Positions 50,150-63,384 of a stretch of 64,000 nucleotides of DNA are shown piece after piece. How positions within the stretch are numbered: position 1 is the stretch's first letter; each line of letters begins with the position of its first letter. The stretch is taken from positions 8,180,661-8,244,660 of the forward strand of contig NC_057741.1 in the NCBI RefSeq assembly GCF_004010195.1. Reading direction: 5' to 3'. The translations under genes and the position numbers were made by a program. The notes under the pieces were generated by a model. That model was not told the origin of the DNA. It searched no databases and saw only the letters and a list, made by a program, of their open reading frames with translations. Source of the DNA: Chiloscyllium plagiosum. Taxonomy: Eukaryota.

Positions 50150-51590
50150 TGAATTAGATAAGAGTGCCTGAATTGAAATTATTAAAGACAATGCAAGCAA
50201 TTGACCCCTCCCTGGGAGGCCCCTCATCTCCTGTTTGATTTGAACCCTTTGTGGTAATCTTCAGGAGTTGAAGATAAAACATCACCTACACTTACCAAGC
50301 CTGGACACAATGTACTTGGTGGATAGAAAATACAAGTAAGTTGCTATTTCAAGAAAATCTATCATGGCAGAAGGAGATGCAACAACACAGACTGGAAAGA
50401 AATGCCAGGAAAAGTTTAAAAGATAACTGCAATATTCTCGACTGTCAACAATGCCAGACAATAACTAACCAACCATGATCTCAGATTAAAACCTCACGTC
50501 TCAAGGATTGCGTCTGCTACTGAAAAGACAAATAGAGGCCCTCTTGCTGTTCCTCCCTGTGGAGGCTGTGCACTGGCTGCTGCAAGTTGCTGTATTTACT
50601 GAGCTTGCTGATGATGCTGTGATTCTTCAACAAAGTTGTCTGATCGTTGACAGGCGGCAAAGTGCTTGTTCCATCTCAGAAGCTGTGGGGAATGTTGGAA
50701 TTGAACAACATATTGGCAGCGATATCCCCGATCCCTCGCATCAATTATTAAGAAGCATCTTGACATTTTCTGACAGCGTGGCATGGAGGTTTCACAAGGA
50801 TGTCAATGTTGTGCCTCAATATAAAACCATAAACTAAGTAACCTTATTCAGATGTATATTGCAGATCCAAAATGCTAATACTACATTGCAGAATGAAATT
50901 CAGGTGTTTATCAACCACATTAATACCAGAATAAACCATCCTTGAACATCACAGACTATACCTTTGCAAACGTACACTTGCTGCAGTGTGACATCGGCAC
51001 ATGCCGTACAGTAACACGTGAACCTCCTTGACTGTTCAATGATCTGAATTATCTGCCTTGCCCTCTGTCTTAAAAAGCTGGCAACCTCCTAGTGAGTGCA
51101 AAGTAAATGACTGATAACTGAAGATCCATAAGATGTATTGAGTGTAGATGAGCACTCGTGCACATCCCTGCATTCAAGGACACCAGGATGAGTTCCCTGT
51201 GTCATATGTAAAGATCTGATCTGAAGAGTTGATGTGATGTGTGAGTTGGTCTGAAAAGCAACCATGATGGTGTTGTGAGGTTTGGGAATGGTCACTTACA
51301 TGGAAGAGCAGTGAAAGTGGAGGTGTCCAAGGAGCATATGGATAATGTTAATTCCAGTGGAGTTAGATAGATGCCTGGAGAAACAAACAATGGGCTGTTG
51401 CACCAGGAAAGCACTCTTATGCTGGCAATTAATGCAGTCTGGATTCCTGGAAAAGGAGGGGAGAATGGGGAGCTGCATTGAAATGAGGTGAGATTAATGA
51501 TAATGAGATATAAATGGAAATAAGGGAGTCACTGTGCATTAGCGAGATTCCATACTTTCCATTTGAAGCCTGAGGGGAAAATCTGAAATC
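50150..51590. mobile_element. Harbinger remnant: Myb/SANT trace (+) and transposase C-terminal trace (-)
   Basis: TGKKCQEKFK at ~50391-50420; LQYTSE..V...HNI at ~50803-50865. Confidence 0.4.
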
Positions 51591-53620
51591 TTTTTCTTGA
51601 AGTCAGGATTTTTTTTTCATTCTTGTTGCATTTTCCCAACTTTTTCAGAGTTGGCTACATTGCTCAAGGCAACAGAAAATTCTGTCTCTCAAGATATCAA
51701 GTTTTTTAAAAATGCGCTATTAAGATTTTCTAAAGACCAGAAACCAGCCTTTTCCTGAAAATTGATGCCATGCTAAATAGCCTTCAGCTCTCTGTTTTAT
51801 CTCCTCCTCCTTTCTTGAATTTATATTTGATCTTGTTGAACGTTGGAACAGGCGCCAGGGGCTGTATAGTCGACACCTGCTCTTAATTCTTATGTTTTCA
51901 ATTCCATAGAGAAAATATTTAAATTGCAATTTCTGAATCAAATGCTGCTAATTTTTTTGTGAATCTTTTTATTCTTACTGAATAATTTAGCACATTACAG
52001 CTGCATGACAAAGTGCTCAGCATGTTACATCATTGTATGTACAATCTTGAGTTATAAAATATCTAATTTTTTCCAAACCTAGATTTAGCACTACTTATGA
52101 AGTATACATTTCCATTACGTTTGAAATCCATATTGAATCAATTATTAATCTGTAAATCTCCCTTTTATGTATTTCTTTGATAATTCTTGAGTTATTAAAT
52201 AGCAACTTCACATGTTCAGGCTGAATAAATGTTTAATATCCAGTTTAATAAAATTTAAGGTCGTGAAAATTGACAAATGTAAATGTTTCAAACAATATTG
52301 GTTTCAGTCTATAAACCATAAGAAGTGCAGGATAAATTTGGTGCAATATAATGTTAGAATAGGGAAATGGCATCTACTTTAAAATGATATTTCTACTCAT
52401 TTTAAACATCAACAAATCAGATTTCACTCTCTATTGTCTTAATGCTTGGGCAACAAAAACCAACATTCAATCTCCTAGTTGCCTCTCCAGCAAGTTAAGT
52501 AAAACAGTACTCTCAGTATTCTACTCATTGTTTCATGGCCCACTTTGTGCAATGATCCAATTGTACAGACACTGTTTGACCAGCATGTGAGATCACTGTT
52601 CTAGGAAAATAAGGGTTGCATTAAAGTTCAAAGTTCATGGTCCAGTTATGTCATTTGGAGATCAATGGGATGTTAACTTGCAGTGCCTGACTCACTGACA
52701 AAACTGACTACAGCAGCAGCAGAAAGGGACTGAGACGATAATGTTTTTTATGGTTGCCACACTGACATTCTCGTGGTTCCGTGGATTTCTGTCTCTGTTG
52801 TTTAAACAACCCAGTCCCCATTAATCAGTGACAATAAATAGCATCAGAACCGAAGCTCCAATGCACTGCAATTCAGATTATGCATGACTGCTGAAAAGGT
52901 GTTCAAACTGTAATCATCCCTACATTTATCTTGTTCCATTATGGTATATTCTTTAAGTACGATCATAAAAATTGGCTTGACATGAAAAACACAGCGTTGG
53001 TTGTCTTCAAAATGGTTTTCTTTTGAAAAAGTGTGAAATGATTGTTATTTTAACTTTCAGGATATATGTCTTGGGTGACTGGAAAGTTACATTTTAGCAG
53101 ATTTTGTTGTCTCATAACATTTTCAGTTTGTTTGCATTGCGTAAGAAATTAAATTGTTGCCTTTTGAACTGACGGCTGAATTTCACCAGCTCTCTGGAAA
53201 TAGATTGGGAAATCAGAGCACCGTTAATTTTGGTAGGGGATGGTTGGGAGATTCGATTATTCCACATTGCTATGACATATTGTAGACAGTAGGACATTTA
53301 GCACTATTATCACCTGCTATGAAACTAATAGAGCCACTTATTTGTTTAATTCAGAGTATCTCATCTGATTCACAGTTGTTTTATCCTTGTTAAGTATGCC
53401 TGCTACCTAGTAGGGAATTACAAGTTCTGGTTCTTTTGGGGATGTTGGGATTGGATTCTCGCTGACGGTTGTTCTATGGTGCAGAGAGGAACTCCGAGGT
53501 AATAATGGCTGTCCGAGAGAATATCTCCTGTCAGTCGACTATGGAGCTCACAACTTCAATCACACATCCCAAGAGCCTAACTATCCAAATCTGGTTGGTC
53601 GATACTGTATTCTGAGTGTG

Positions 53621-56600
53621 TCTCGGCGTTGACGTTCCACCTCTCCCACGAACTGCAGCCTCAACATTGAGGATCCACCCCTCCCTCAAACTGCAGCCTC
53701 AGGATTGACGTTCCTTCCCTCCCTCAAACTGCAGCCTCAGGATTGAGGATCCACCATTCCCTCGAACTGCAGCCTCAGGATTGAGGATCCACCACTCCCT
53801 CGAACTGCAGCCTCAGGATTGAGGATCCACCCCTCCCTCGAACTGCAGCCTCAGGATTGAGGATCCACCCCTCCCTCGAACTGCAGCCTCAGGATTGACG
53901 TTCCACCCCTCCCTCAAACTGCAGCCTCAGGATTGAGGATCCACCCCTCCCTCGAACTGCAGCCTCAGGATTGAGGATCCACCCCTCCCTCGAACTGCAG
54001 CCTCAGGACTGACGTTCCTCCCCTCCCTCGAACTGCAGCCTCAGGACTGACGTTCCTCCCCTCCCTCGAACTGCAGCCTCAGGACTGACGTTCCTCCCCT
54101 CCCTCGAACTGCAGCCTCAGGACTGACGTTCCTCCCCTCCCTCGAACTGCAGCCTCAGGATTGACGTTCCACCCCTCCCTCGAACTGCAGCCCCAGGACT
54201 GAGGATCCACCCATCCCTCGAACTGCAGCCTCAGGATTGACGTTCCACCCCTCCCTCGAACTGCAGCCCCAGGACTGAGGATCCACCCATCCCTCGAACT
54301 GCAGCCTCAGGATTGACGTTCCACCCCTCCCTCGAACTGCAGCCCCAGGACTGAGGATCCACCCATCCCTCGAACTGCAGCCTCAGGATTGACGTTCCAC
54401 CCCTCCCTCGAACTGCAGCCCCAGGACTGAGGATCCACCCATCCCTCGAACTGCAGCCTCAGGATTGACGTTCCACCCACCCCTCGAACTACAGCCTCAG
54501 GATTGACGTACCACCCCTCCCTCGAACTACAGTATCAGGATTGACGTACCACCCCTCCCTCGAACTACAGCCTCAGGATTGACGTTCCTCCCCTCCCTCG
54601 AACTGCAGCCTCAGGATTGACGTTCCACCCCTCCCTCGAACTGCAGCCTCAGGATTGACGTTCCACCCCTCCCTCGAACTGCAGCCTCAGGATTGACGTT
54701 CCACCCCTCCCTCGAACTGCAGCCTCAGGATTGACGTTCCACCCCTCCCTCGAACTGCAGCCTCAGGATTGACGTTCCACCCCTCCCTCGAACTGCAGCC
54801 TCAGGATTGACGTTCCACCCCTCCCTCGAACTGCAGCCTCAGGATTGACGTTCCACCCCTCCCTCGAACTGCAGCCTCAGGATTGACGTTCCACCCCTCC
54901 CTCGAACTGCAGCCTCAGGATTGACGTTCCACCCCTCCCTCGAACTGCAGCCTCAGGATTGACGTTCCACCCCTCCCTCGAACTGCAGCCTCAGGATTGA
55001 CGTTCCACCCCTCCCTCGAACTGCAGCCTCAGGATTGACGTTCCACCCCTCCCTCGAACTGCAGCCTCAGGATTGACGTTCCACCCCTCCCTCGAACTGC
55101 AGCCTCAGGATTGACGTTCCACCCCTCCCTCGAACTGCAGCCTCAGGATTGACGTTCCACCCCTCCCTCGAACTGCAGCCTCAGGATTGACGTTCCACCC
55201 CTCCCTCGAACTGCAGCCTCAGGATTGACGTTCCACCCCTCCCTCGAACTGCAGCCTCAGGATTGACGTTCCACCCCTCCCTCGAACTGCAGCCTCAGGA
55301 TTGACGTTCCACCCCTCCCTCGAACTGCAGCCTCAGGATTGACGTTCCACCCCTCCCTCGAACTGCAGCCTCAGGATTGACGTTCCACCCCTCCCTCGAA
55401 CTGCAGCCTCAGGATTGACGTTCCACCCCTCCCTCGAACTGCAGCCTCAGGATTGACGTTCCACCCCTCCCTCGAACTGCAGCCTCAGGATTGACGTTCC
55501 ACCCCTCCCTCGAACTGCAGCCTCAGGATTGACGTTCCACCCCTCCCTCGAACTGCAGCCTCAGGATTGACGTTCCACCCCTCCCTCGAACTGCAGCCTC
55601 AGGATTGACGTTCCACCCCTCCCTCGAACTGCAGCCTCAGGATTGACGTTCCACCCCTCCCTCGAACTGCAGCCTCAGGATTGACGTTCCACCCCTCCCT
55701 CGAACTGCAGCCTCAGGATTGACGTTCCACCCCTCCCTCGAACTGCAGCCTCAGGATTGACGTTCCACCCCTCCCTCGAACTGCAGCCTCAGGATTGACG
55801 TTCCACCCCTCCCTCGAACTGCAGCCTCAGGATTGACGTTCCACCCCTCCCTCGAACTGCAGCCTCAGGATTGACGTTCCACCCCTCCCTCGAACTGCAG
55901 CCTCAGGATTGACGTTCCACCCCTCCCTCGAACTGCAGCCTCAGGATTGACGTTCCACCCCTCCCTCGAACTGCAGCCTCAGGATTGACGTTCCACCCCT
56001 CCCTCGAACTGCAGCCTCAGGATTGACGTTCCACCCCTCCCTCGAACTGCAGCCTCAGGATTGACGTTCCACCCCTCCCTCGAACTGCAGCCTCAGGATT
56101 GACGTTCCACCCCTCCCTCGAACTGCAGCCTCAGGATTGACGTTCCACCCCTCCCTCGAACTGCAGCCTCAGGATTGACGTTCCACCCCTCCCTCGAACT
56201 GCAGCCTCAGGATTGACGTTCCACCCCTCCCTCGAACTGCAGCCTCAGGATTGACGTTCCACCCCTCCCTCGAACTGCAGCCTCAGGATTGACGTTCCAC
56301 CCCTCCCTCGAACTGCAGCCTCAGGATTGACGTTCCACCCCTCCCTCGAACTGCAGCCTCAGGATTGACGTTCCACCCCTCCCTCGAACTGCAGCCTCAG
56401 GATTGACGTTCCACCCCTCCCTCGAACTGCAGCCTCAGGATTGACGTTCCACCCCTCCCTCGAACTGCAGCCTCAGGATTGACGTTCCACCCCTCCCTCG
56501 AACTGCAGCCTCAGGATTGACGTTCCACCCCTCCCTCGAACTGCAGCCTCAGGATTGACGTTCCACCCCTCCCTCGAACTGCAGCCTCAGGATTGACGTT

Positions 56601-57490
56601 CCACCCCTCCCTCGAACTGCAGCCTCAGGATTGACGTTCCACCCCTCCCTCGAACTGCAGCCTCAGGATTGACGTTCCACCCCTCCCTCGAACTGCAGCC
56701 TCAGGATTGACGTTCCACCCCTCCCTCGAACTGCAGCCTCAGGATTGACGTTCCACCCCTCCCTCGAACTGCAGCCTCAGGATTGACGTTCCACCCCTCC
56801 CTCGAACTGCAGCCTCAGGATTGACGTTCCACCCTCCCTTGAACTGCAGCCTCAGGATTGACGTTCCACCCCTCCCTCGAACTGCAGCCTCAGGATTGAG
56901 GATCCACCCCTCCCTCGAACTGCAGCCTCAGGATTGAGGATCCACCCCTCCCTCGAACTGCAGTCTCAGGATTGACGTTCCACCCCTCCCTCGAACTGCA
57001 GCCTCAGGATTGAGGATCCACTCCTCCCTCGAACTGCAGCCTCAGGATTGAGGATCCACCCCTCCCTCGAACTGCCGCCTCAGGATTGAGGATCCACCCC
57101 TCCCTTGAACTGCAGCCTCAGGATTGACGTTCCACCCCTCCCTCGAACTGCAGCCTCAGGATTGAGGATCCACCCCTCCCTCGAACTGCAGCCTCAGGGC
57201 TGAGAATCCACCCCTCCTTTGAACTGCTGCCTCAGGATTGATGATCCACCCCTCCCTCGAACTGCAGCCTCAGGATTGAGGATCCACCCCTCCCTCAAAC
57301 TGCAGCCTCAGGATTGACGTTCCACCCCTCCCTCGAACTACAGCCTCAGGATTGACGTTCCACCCCTCCCTCGAACTGCAGCCTCAGGATTGAGGATCCA
57401 CCCCTCCCTCGAACTGCAGCCTCAACATTCACGTTCCACCCCTCCCTCGAACTGCAGCCTCAGGATTGAGAATCCACCCCTCCCTCGAAC
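53621..57490. repeat. 38-bp minisatellite, ~100 copies (CCACCCCTCCCTCGAACTGCAGCCTCAGGATTGACGTT)
   Basis: Direct reading; lines repeat exactly every 1140 bp (30 x 38). Confidence 0.98.
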
Positions 57491-58827
57491 CTCACTCATT
57501 TTCCTTCTCAGTCTTGCTCTTATTTTATTCCCAAACTTTGGGTCATGCCCGGACAAGGAGACCCCATGCTGTTTTCTCTGTTCGCACAGTGCCAGGTATC
57601 CTACTGTCTCTCATTGTATTATAATCAGCTTGCAATTTTAGCAGCTTCGTGAGTAAAAATGGAAGTAACCAGCCTACTGAATAGTTGTTGACATTTACTA
57701 TCCTTTGAAGCAAATTCAGGCCCTTTATTTTGGTAAATTAACTGTATTTCAGTGATGGGCAAACTGCTATTGCATAGCCTTTGACCAGTCATCAATAAAC
57801 AATGGAAACATTGTCTCCACATCCAGACAGTAACGTATCAAGGGATCAGCTTCTATCCATGAATATTACAGCAACGTTGTACTCTAAAGTCAGCATTTAA
57901 AAATGTGAATGGATTGAATAGGTGACAACTGAACGATACCAACCACCTATACACTGACTGTTTCAGTGCCAGATGGAATTGATTCATTGAACTGTCTGTG
58001 TACCTAGGTTATCTGGAGGAAAATATGAACAAAATGAGCCAGGGATCCATTTAAGCTATTTACATTTAAGTGGTACTAAGGCAGATTGTACCAAACTGAA
58101 CAATATACAACTTCCTGTAATTTGTTTGAATTACAGCTTGGAAATATTTAAGTGACTGGCAATCTTGCTATTTTATCAAAACTAGCAAGTTAGTCTGACA
58201 TAATCTGCTTTATAAATCCTACTTGAATGTTCTGTCATCAAATGTCAATTTGCTTTTAGTTAACTTTTTTTTTCTAACTGACCTTCATTAACTTGATCTT
58301 TCAAGGTAAACTTTCCGAGCTTACATTAAACATATCTCAAATTGATTACATAAAGTAGGAGTTAATGTTATGAACAATAAGCTGCATGGTGCAAAGAATG
58401 TTATTTCCATTAACTTCACATTAGCAGTGATACCAAATCGACAGCAACATTATCAGTCACTTTGAATTATAGTCCATCATAACATAGGCTCTACCCACAC
58501 AATATGTTTTCACTTCATGCACAGCTTTACATTGTGACCTGAACTAACAAACTGACTGTCTGGGGGAAATCCATTTATTACAAACCCTGCAGAAAGATTC
58601 TAAAGTCCGACTGTTACTTTTTTTCCACAGAAGCAGCAAGATGAACGTTGAATTATTTTTAAAATTAGGAGGAAAGCAGTCCCATGTTTAGAAATCGCTT
58701 TAAAATCTATTTTGAGGTGTTCTCCCGAGGCAAGCCATGTCCACCTAAGGAGGGGAAACAAAGGGATGAAAATTCAATATAGCTACTTCAGTACATCTTC
58801 AAACAAATGTTTCCAGAGTGTCACGAG

Positions 58828-59010
58828 CATAGAAAATGTTGGAGGAACTCAACAAATTTGGCTGCATCTGTGCAGAAAGAAATATTTGCTCTGAAGAAGA
58901 CATACTAGACTCAATGTTAACTTTGTTTCTCTCTCTCCGTACATGCTTCCAGACCTGATGAGTTTCATGAATATTTTCTGTGTTTGTTTCAGAGTCCAGT
59001 ATTTGGAGTT
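58828..59010. mobile_element. Degenerate palindromic PLE mini-element (family C)
   Basis: agaaaatgttgga...ctgaagaag..ccagacctg...atattttct. Confidence 0.55.
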
Positions 59011-59429
59011 AATTTATCATTGCTTTATTTCCTGAGTATCAGTGATAGGCACTCTCGTCCAGATGATGTCCAATGACAGTTTAGTTAGGAAATGCTTCAT
59101 TGCGCATGAGTTAAGGAAAGTAATTAGAAGTAATGAAAAGGGACGAATAATTGTCTGCATAAAAGACTGATGAAATTATATACATTTCAATATATAATTC
59201 AATGAATACAGCTTTTATAAGTGAATATGTGCATTTCCACAAATTATATGATTTGCTATGAGGCTATTCATCTGACAATTACAAAAATAACTAATTCGAA
59301 CAAATGGGATGGCATATTTTCCTTTTTAGCGATGAATCACAGGGATAATTATTATGTTTCTTGCTGAGTTCACACATGAATGTAAGAAGATAATTGAGAA
59401 TTTGTGGGCAATATCTGGTGAAATATGTA

Positions 59430-59630
59430 AAGATAGTTAGCTGATGAGATATTGTCTCTTCAGCTTGAGGATTTGGATTTAAATCTCATCCAACTATTCT
59501 CTGTGTTTGTTTCCAATTCTAGCATTTGGAGTTAATTTTGCTGTTGTTTTATTTCTAGAGTGTCAAGGTGGAAGCTTCTTCTGCCTGTGGTTACAAGAAT
59601 CTGTATGATGGAAGATGGACTGGGAAACAA
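59430..59630 (+). mobile_element. Old tRNA-derived SINE (LF-SINE-like) with a short insert
   Basis: ggatttaaatctc B-box-like; 59498-59565 resembles 58976-59041. Confidence 0.35.
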
Positions 59631-60399
59631 ATGATCAACGTGTCAGTTGGTAAGTCGTTACCATATGCCTGAACTTAACTTGGCAGCACATAAATAACAC
59701 CTACCTCAGTCTGAAACAAGCTGGAGAAGCTAAACCAAGCTGCTTTGGGATTTTTAAGGAGCATAACCCCAATTGTATGTGTGCTGAAGGTAACCCTCTT
59801 GAGAATGTGCATGGATAGCTGATGTTCATACTGAAGGGAAGCAGATCTTTTCTTAAATAAAAGAATGCATGTATATTGCACATAAAGAAGGAAAAATTAT
59901 CAAGCAAAACTGTACATTTAAGGCAGTTAGGAATATCTTAACAAAAACAGGAATACAAAGTTTCAACCTATTCCCCCTTACACTTCTTGGCAGAGACTGA
60001 ATTCCAGAGGAAGTTGTCTCAAATCTCAATCACACGAGCATCTTCATCCATCCATTAACACCAGAGAGGTTCTGCCAGACTCCTGACTGCAGTCACATGC
60101 TTTCTTGGAATTGTTCCACTCATATCACTGTTCCAAAATGACTTTCTGACCTCTTTAAAAAATTACCTCCAAGAACTGACCCACATCCATCTGCCTCTGT
60201 TTTGAAATTCAAATCCCAGAACATAACATATAATGCACATTACAGCATTCTCATGAGAGATGAGAAATGTTTATTGAGTGTGACTTCATTCAATCTTGGG
60301 AGACTGAAGAGGCCTTTCATCTCTCACACTGATGTGACTTAACCGGGTCCAACAATGAAAATTAAACTACAGCAGATGTTATTACAGATTTTATAAGAA

Positions 60400-63171
60400 A
60401 TCCAAGATGGTGGCAGCAGGATAGGCAGTATCCAGGCTCCTGAGCCTACTCAGTCCAAATCACCAGGTCGTCCACATCCTTATCTTTTTCTTTTCCTCCT
60501 TTTTTGCTCTTTCTCTACTTCATTTTCATCTCCATCTTCTTCTTGACGGGGACGGTAGACGTTACAGACGTTATAGACATTATAGAACAATACAGCACAG
60601 AACAGGCCCTTCGGCCCACGATGTTGTTCCGAACATTTGTCCTAGCTTAAGCACCCATCCATGTAGTATCCAATTGCCGCTTAAAGGTCGCCAATGATTC
60701 TGACTCTGCCACTCCCACAGGCAGCGCATTCCATGCCCCCACCACTCTCTGGGTAAAGTACCACCCCTGACATCTCCCCTTTACCTTCCACCCTTCGCTT
60801 AAATTTATGTCCCCTTGTAACACTCTGTTGCACCAGGGGAAAAAGTTTCTGACTGTCTACTCTATCTATTCCTCTGATCATCTTATAAATCTCTATCAAG
60901 TCACTCCTCATCCTTCACCGTTCCAATGAGAAAACGCCTAGCACTCTCAACCTATCCTCATACGACCTATTCTCCATTCCAGGCAACATCCTGGTAAATC
61001 TTCTCTGCACCCTCTCCAAAGCTTCCACATCTTTCCTAAAGTGAGGCGATCAGAACTGCACACAGTACTCCAAATGTGGCCTAACCAAAGTCCTGTCCAG
61101 TTGCAACATCACTTCACGATACTCATAAATCCTATCCCTCCGTACCCTTTCCATTACTTTGCCTACCACAGAAGTAAGACTAACAGGCCTGTAATTCCCG
61201 GGGTTATCCCTATTCCCTTTTTTGAACAGGGGCACAACATTCGCTACTCTCCAGTCCCCTGGTACCACCCCCGTTGCCAGTGAAGACGAGAAGATCATTG
61301 CCAACGGTACTGCACTTTCCTCTCTTGCTTCCCACATAATCCTAGGATATATCCCGTCAGGCCTGGGGGACTTGTCTATCCTCAAGTTGTTCAAAATGTC
61401 CAACACATCTTCCTTCCTAACAGGTATCTCTTCTAGCTTACCAGTCCATTTCACACTCTCCTCTTCTACAATACGGTCCCTCTCGTTCGTAAATACTGAA
61501 GAGAAGTACTTGTTCAAGACCTCTCCTATCTCTTCCGACTCAATACACAGTCTCCCACTACTGTCCTTGATCGGACCTACCCTCGTTCTCGTCATTCTCA
61601 GGTTTCTCACATACGCATAAAATGCCTTGGGGTTATCCTTGATCCTATCCGGCAACGATTTTTCATGCCCTCTCTTAGCTCTCCTAATCCCTTTCTTCAG
61701 GTCCCTTCTGGCTATCCTGTATCCCTCCACTGCTCTGTCTGAATCCTGTTTCCTCAACCTTATGTAAGCCTCCTTCTTCCTCTTTACCAGACATTCAACC
61801 TCCCTCGTCAACCAAGGTTCCCTCACACGACCATTTCTTTCCTGCCTGATAGGTACATACATATCATGGACACGTCGTATCTGCTCTTTGAAAAAGTTCC
61901 ACATTTCCTCCACATCCTTCCCTGACAGCCTATGCTCCCAACGTATGCTTCTCAAATCCTGCCTTACAGCATCGTAATTTCCCTTCCCCCAATTATAAAA
62001 TCTACCTTGTTGTGCGCACCTATCTCTCTCCATAACCAAGGTGAAAGTCACAGAATTGTGGTCACCATCACCAAAATGCTCACGCACTAGCAAGCCCATC
62101 ACTTGTCCCGGTTCGTTACCAAGTACCAGATCCAATATGGCCTCCCCTCTGGTCGGACAATCTACATACGGAGTTATAAATCTTCCTGGACACACTGCAC
62201 AAACACCGCCCCATCCAATCTACTTGATCTAAAGAGCTTCCAATCAATATTTGGGAAGTTGAAGTCGCCCATGACTACGACCCTGTGGCAACAGCACCTT
62301 TCCACAATCTGTTTCCCCATCTGTTTCTCCACATCTCTGCTGCTATTGGGGGGTCTATAGTAAACACCCAACAAGGTGACTGCACCTTTCCTATTTCTGA
62401 CTTCAGCCCATACTACCTCCAGAGGCAGATCCCCCTCGAACTGCCTTTCTGCAGCCGTTATACCATTTCTAATTAGCAACGCCACCCGCCCTCCTTTTTT
62501 AGCACCCTCCCTAACCTTACTGAAACATCTGTAACCAGGAACCTCCAACAGCCATTCCTGTCCCTCTTCTATCCACGTTTCCGTGATGGCCACAACATCG
62601 TAGTCCCAGGTACCGATCCACGCCTTAAGTTCACCCACCTTATTTCTGATACTCCTTGCGTTAAAGGAAGGCAGTTTCCGTGGGGCCTGGAGTCAGGCTC
62701 TTGGCAGCAATGGTTTCAGAAGTGGCTTTAGCAGCATCAGTGCTGTGGGCCCGAGTTGTTTCTTCTGGCAGCAATGGAGTGGCAGGTCTTCTGTTGCATA
62801 GGAAGTGCTCTGGTGAGCCAGGAGGGGGACTCCGGTGGCAACAGGGAAGTGCTAGCTTCATTGGCGGCAGGCAGCATTGTGAGTCCTTATTGGGGTTCTG
62901 GTGTCGGTGGCGTGGTAATCGCTGGGCAGGTCTCTAGCAGTAAGATTGTGGATAAAGCGGCAGAACAGGAATTCTGTAGACAGGGCAATGAGGGGGCAAT
63001 TCCTATTGGCAACAGCAGCAAAGCAGTGCATAAAGAACAAAGAAAAACTCTCTTTCAGTTTTTAAAAGTTTTTATTTCTAAGTTTTCAAAATGGTGGCAA
63101 TAGTCAAAGCTTTTCACTGTATTTTCTTTTAAATACGAGTGACGATATTCATTCATTCATTCATTCATTCA
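60400..63171 (+). mobile_element. Putative non-autonomous element with a Rex1-like tail, split by a CR1
   Basis: 5' tccaagatggtggc; 3' aaagcttttcactgt...gtgacgata-(ttca)n resembles 40537-40594. Confidence 0.45.
60557..62663 (-). mobile_element. CR1 LINE: APE endonuclease plus linker fused to the 3' end (RT core deleted)
   Basis: VVAITETW, YYRPP, MGDFN, LDLVL, GDHN, NYRPVSLTS, then RDRIYEY|REVMLQL. Confidence 0.92.
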
Positions 63172-63384
63172 GTGCAAATGGAAATATATTAGCAAAAAAG
63201 AGACATTATTATAATGATATTGCACCCAAGGAATCTATGTCCCCTCAGTATGTTTATCCTGCCTTATTGCTACTGCATCTAAGTTCAGGCCTGACATCCA
63301 TAGCTGCAGTGAAGAGAACCTGCTGTGTGGTTGGCCTTTTAAATGATAAGGCTTGGCTATTATCCCCTTGTGCCTTTGTTCCTA

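Noticed and set aside
50508-50837. 109-aa plus-strand ORF as a host gene
   Set aside because: It has a non-ATG start, no recognisable domain, and overlaps a probable Harbinger remnant.
53621-57490. CRISPR array or coding repeat
   Set aside because: Units are head-to-tail with no unique spacers; 38 bp is not a codon multiple and both strands contain TGA; the context is eukaryotic.
53640-57490. Human PRDM9 hotspot motif CCTCCCT in each repeat unit
   Set aside because: PRDM9 specificity evolves too fast for a human motif to be meaningful in a shark.
59559-59649. Plus-strand exon candidate ending in GTAAGT
   Set aside because: It overlaps an old SINE body, and its acceptor lies in a repeat-derived duplicate.
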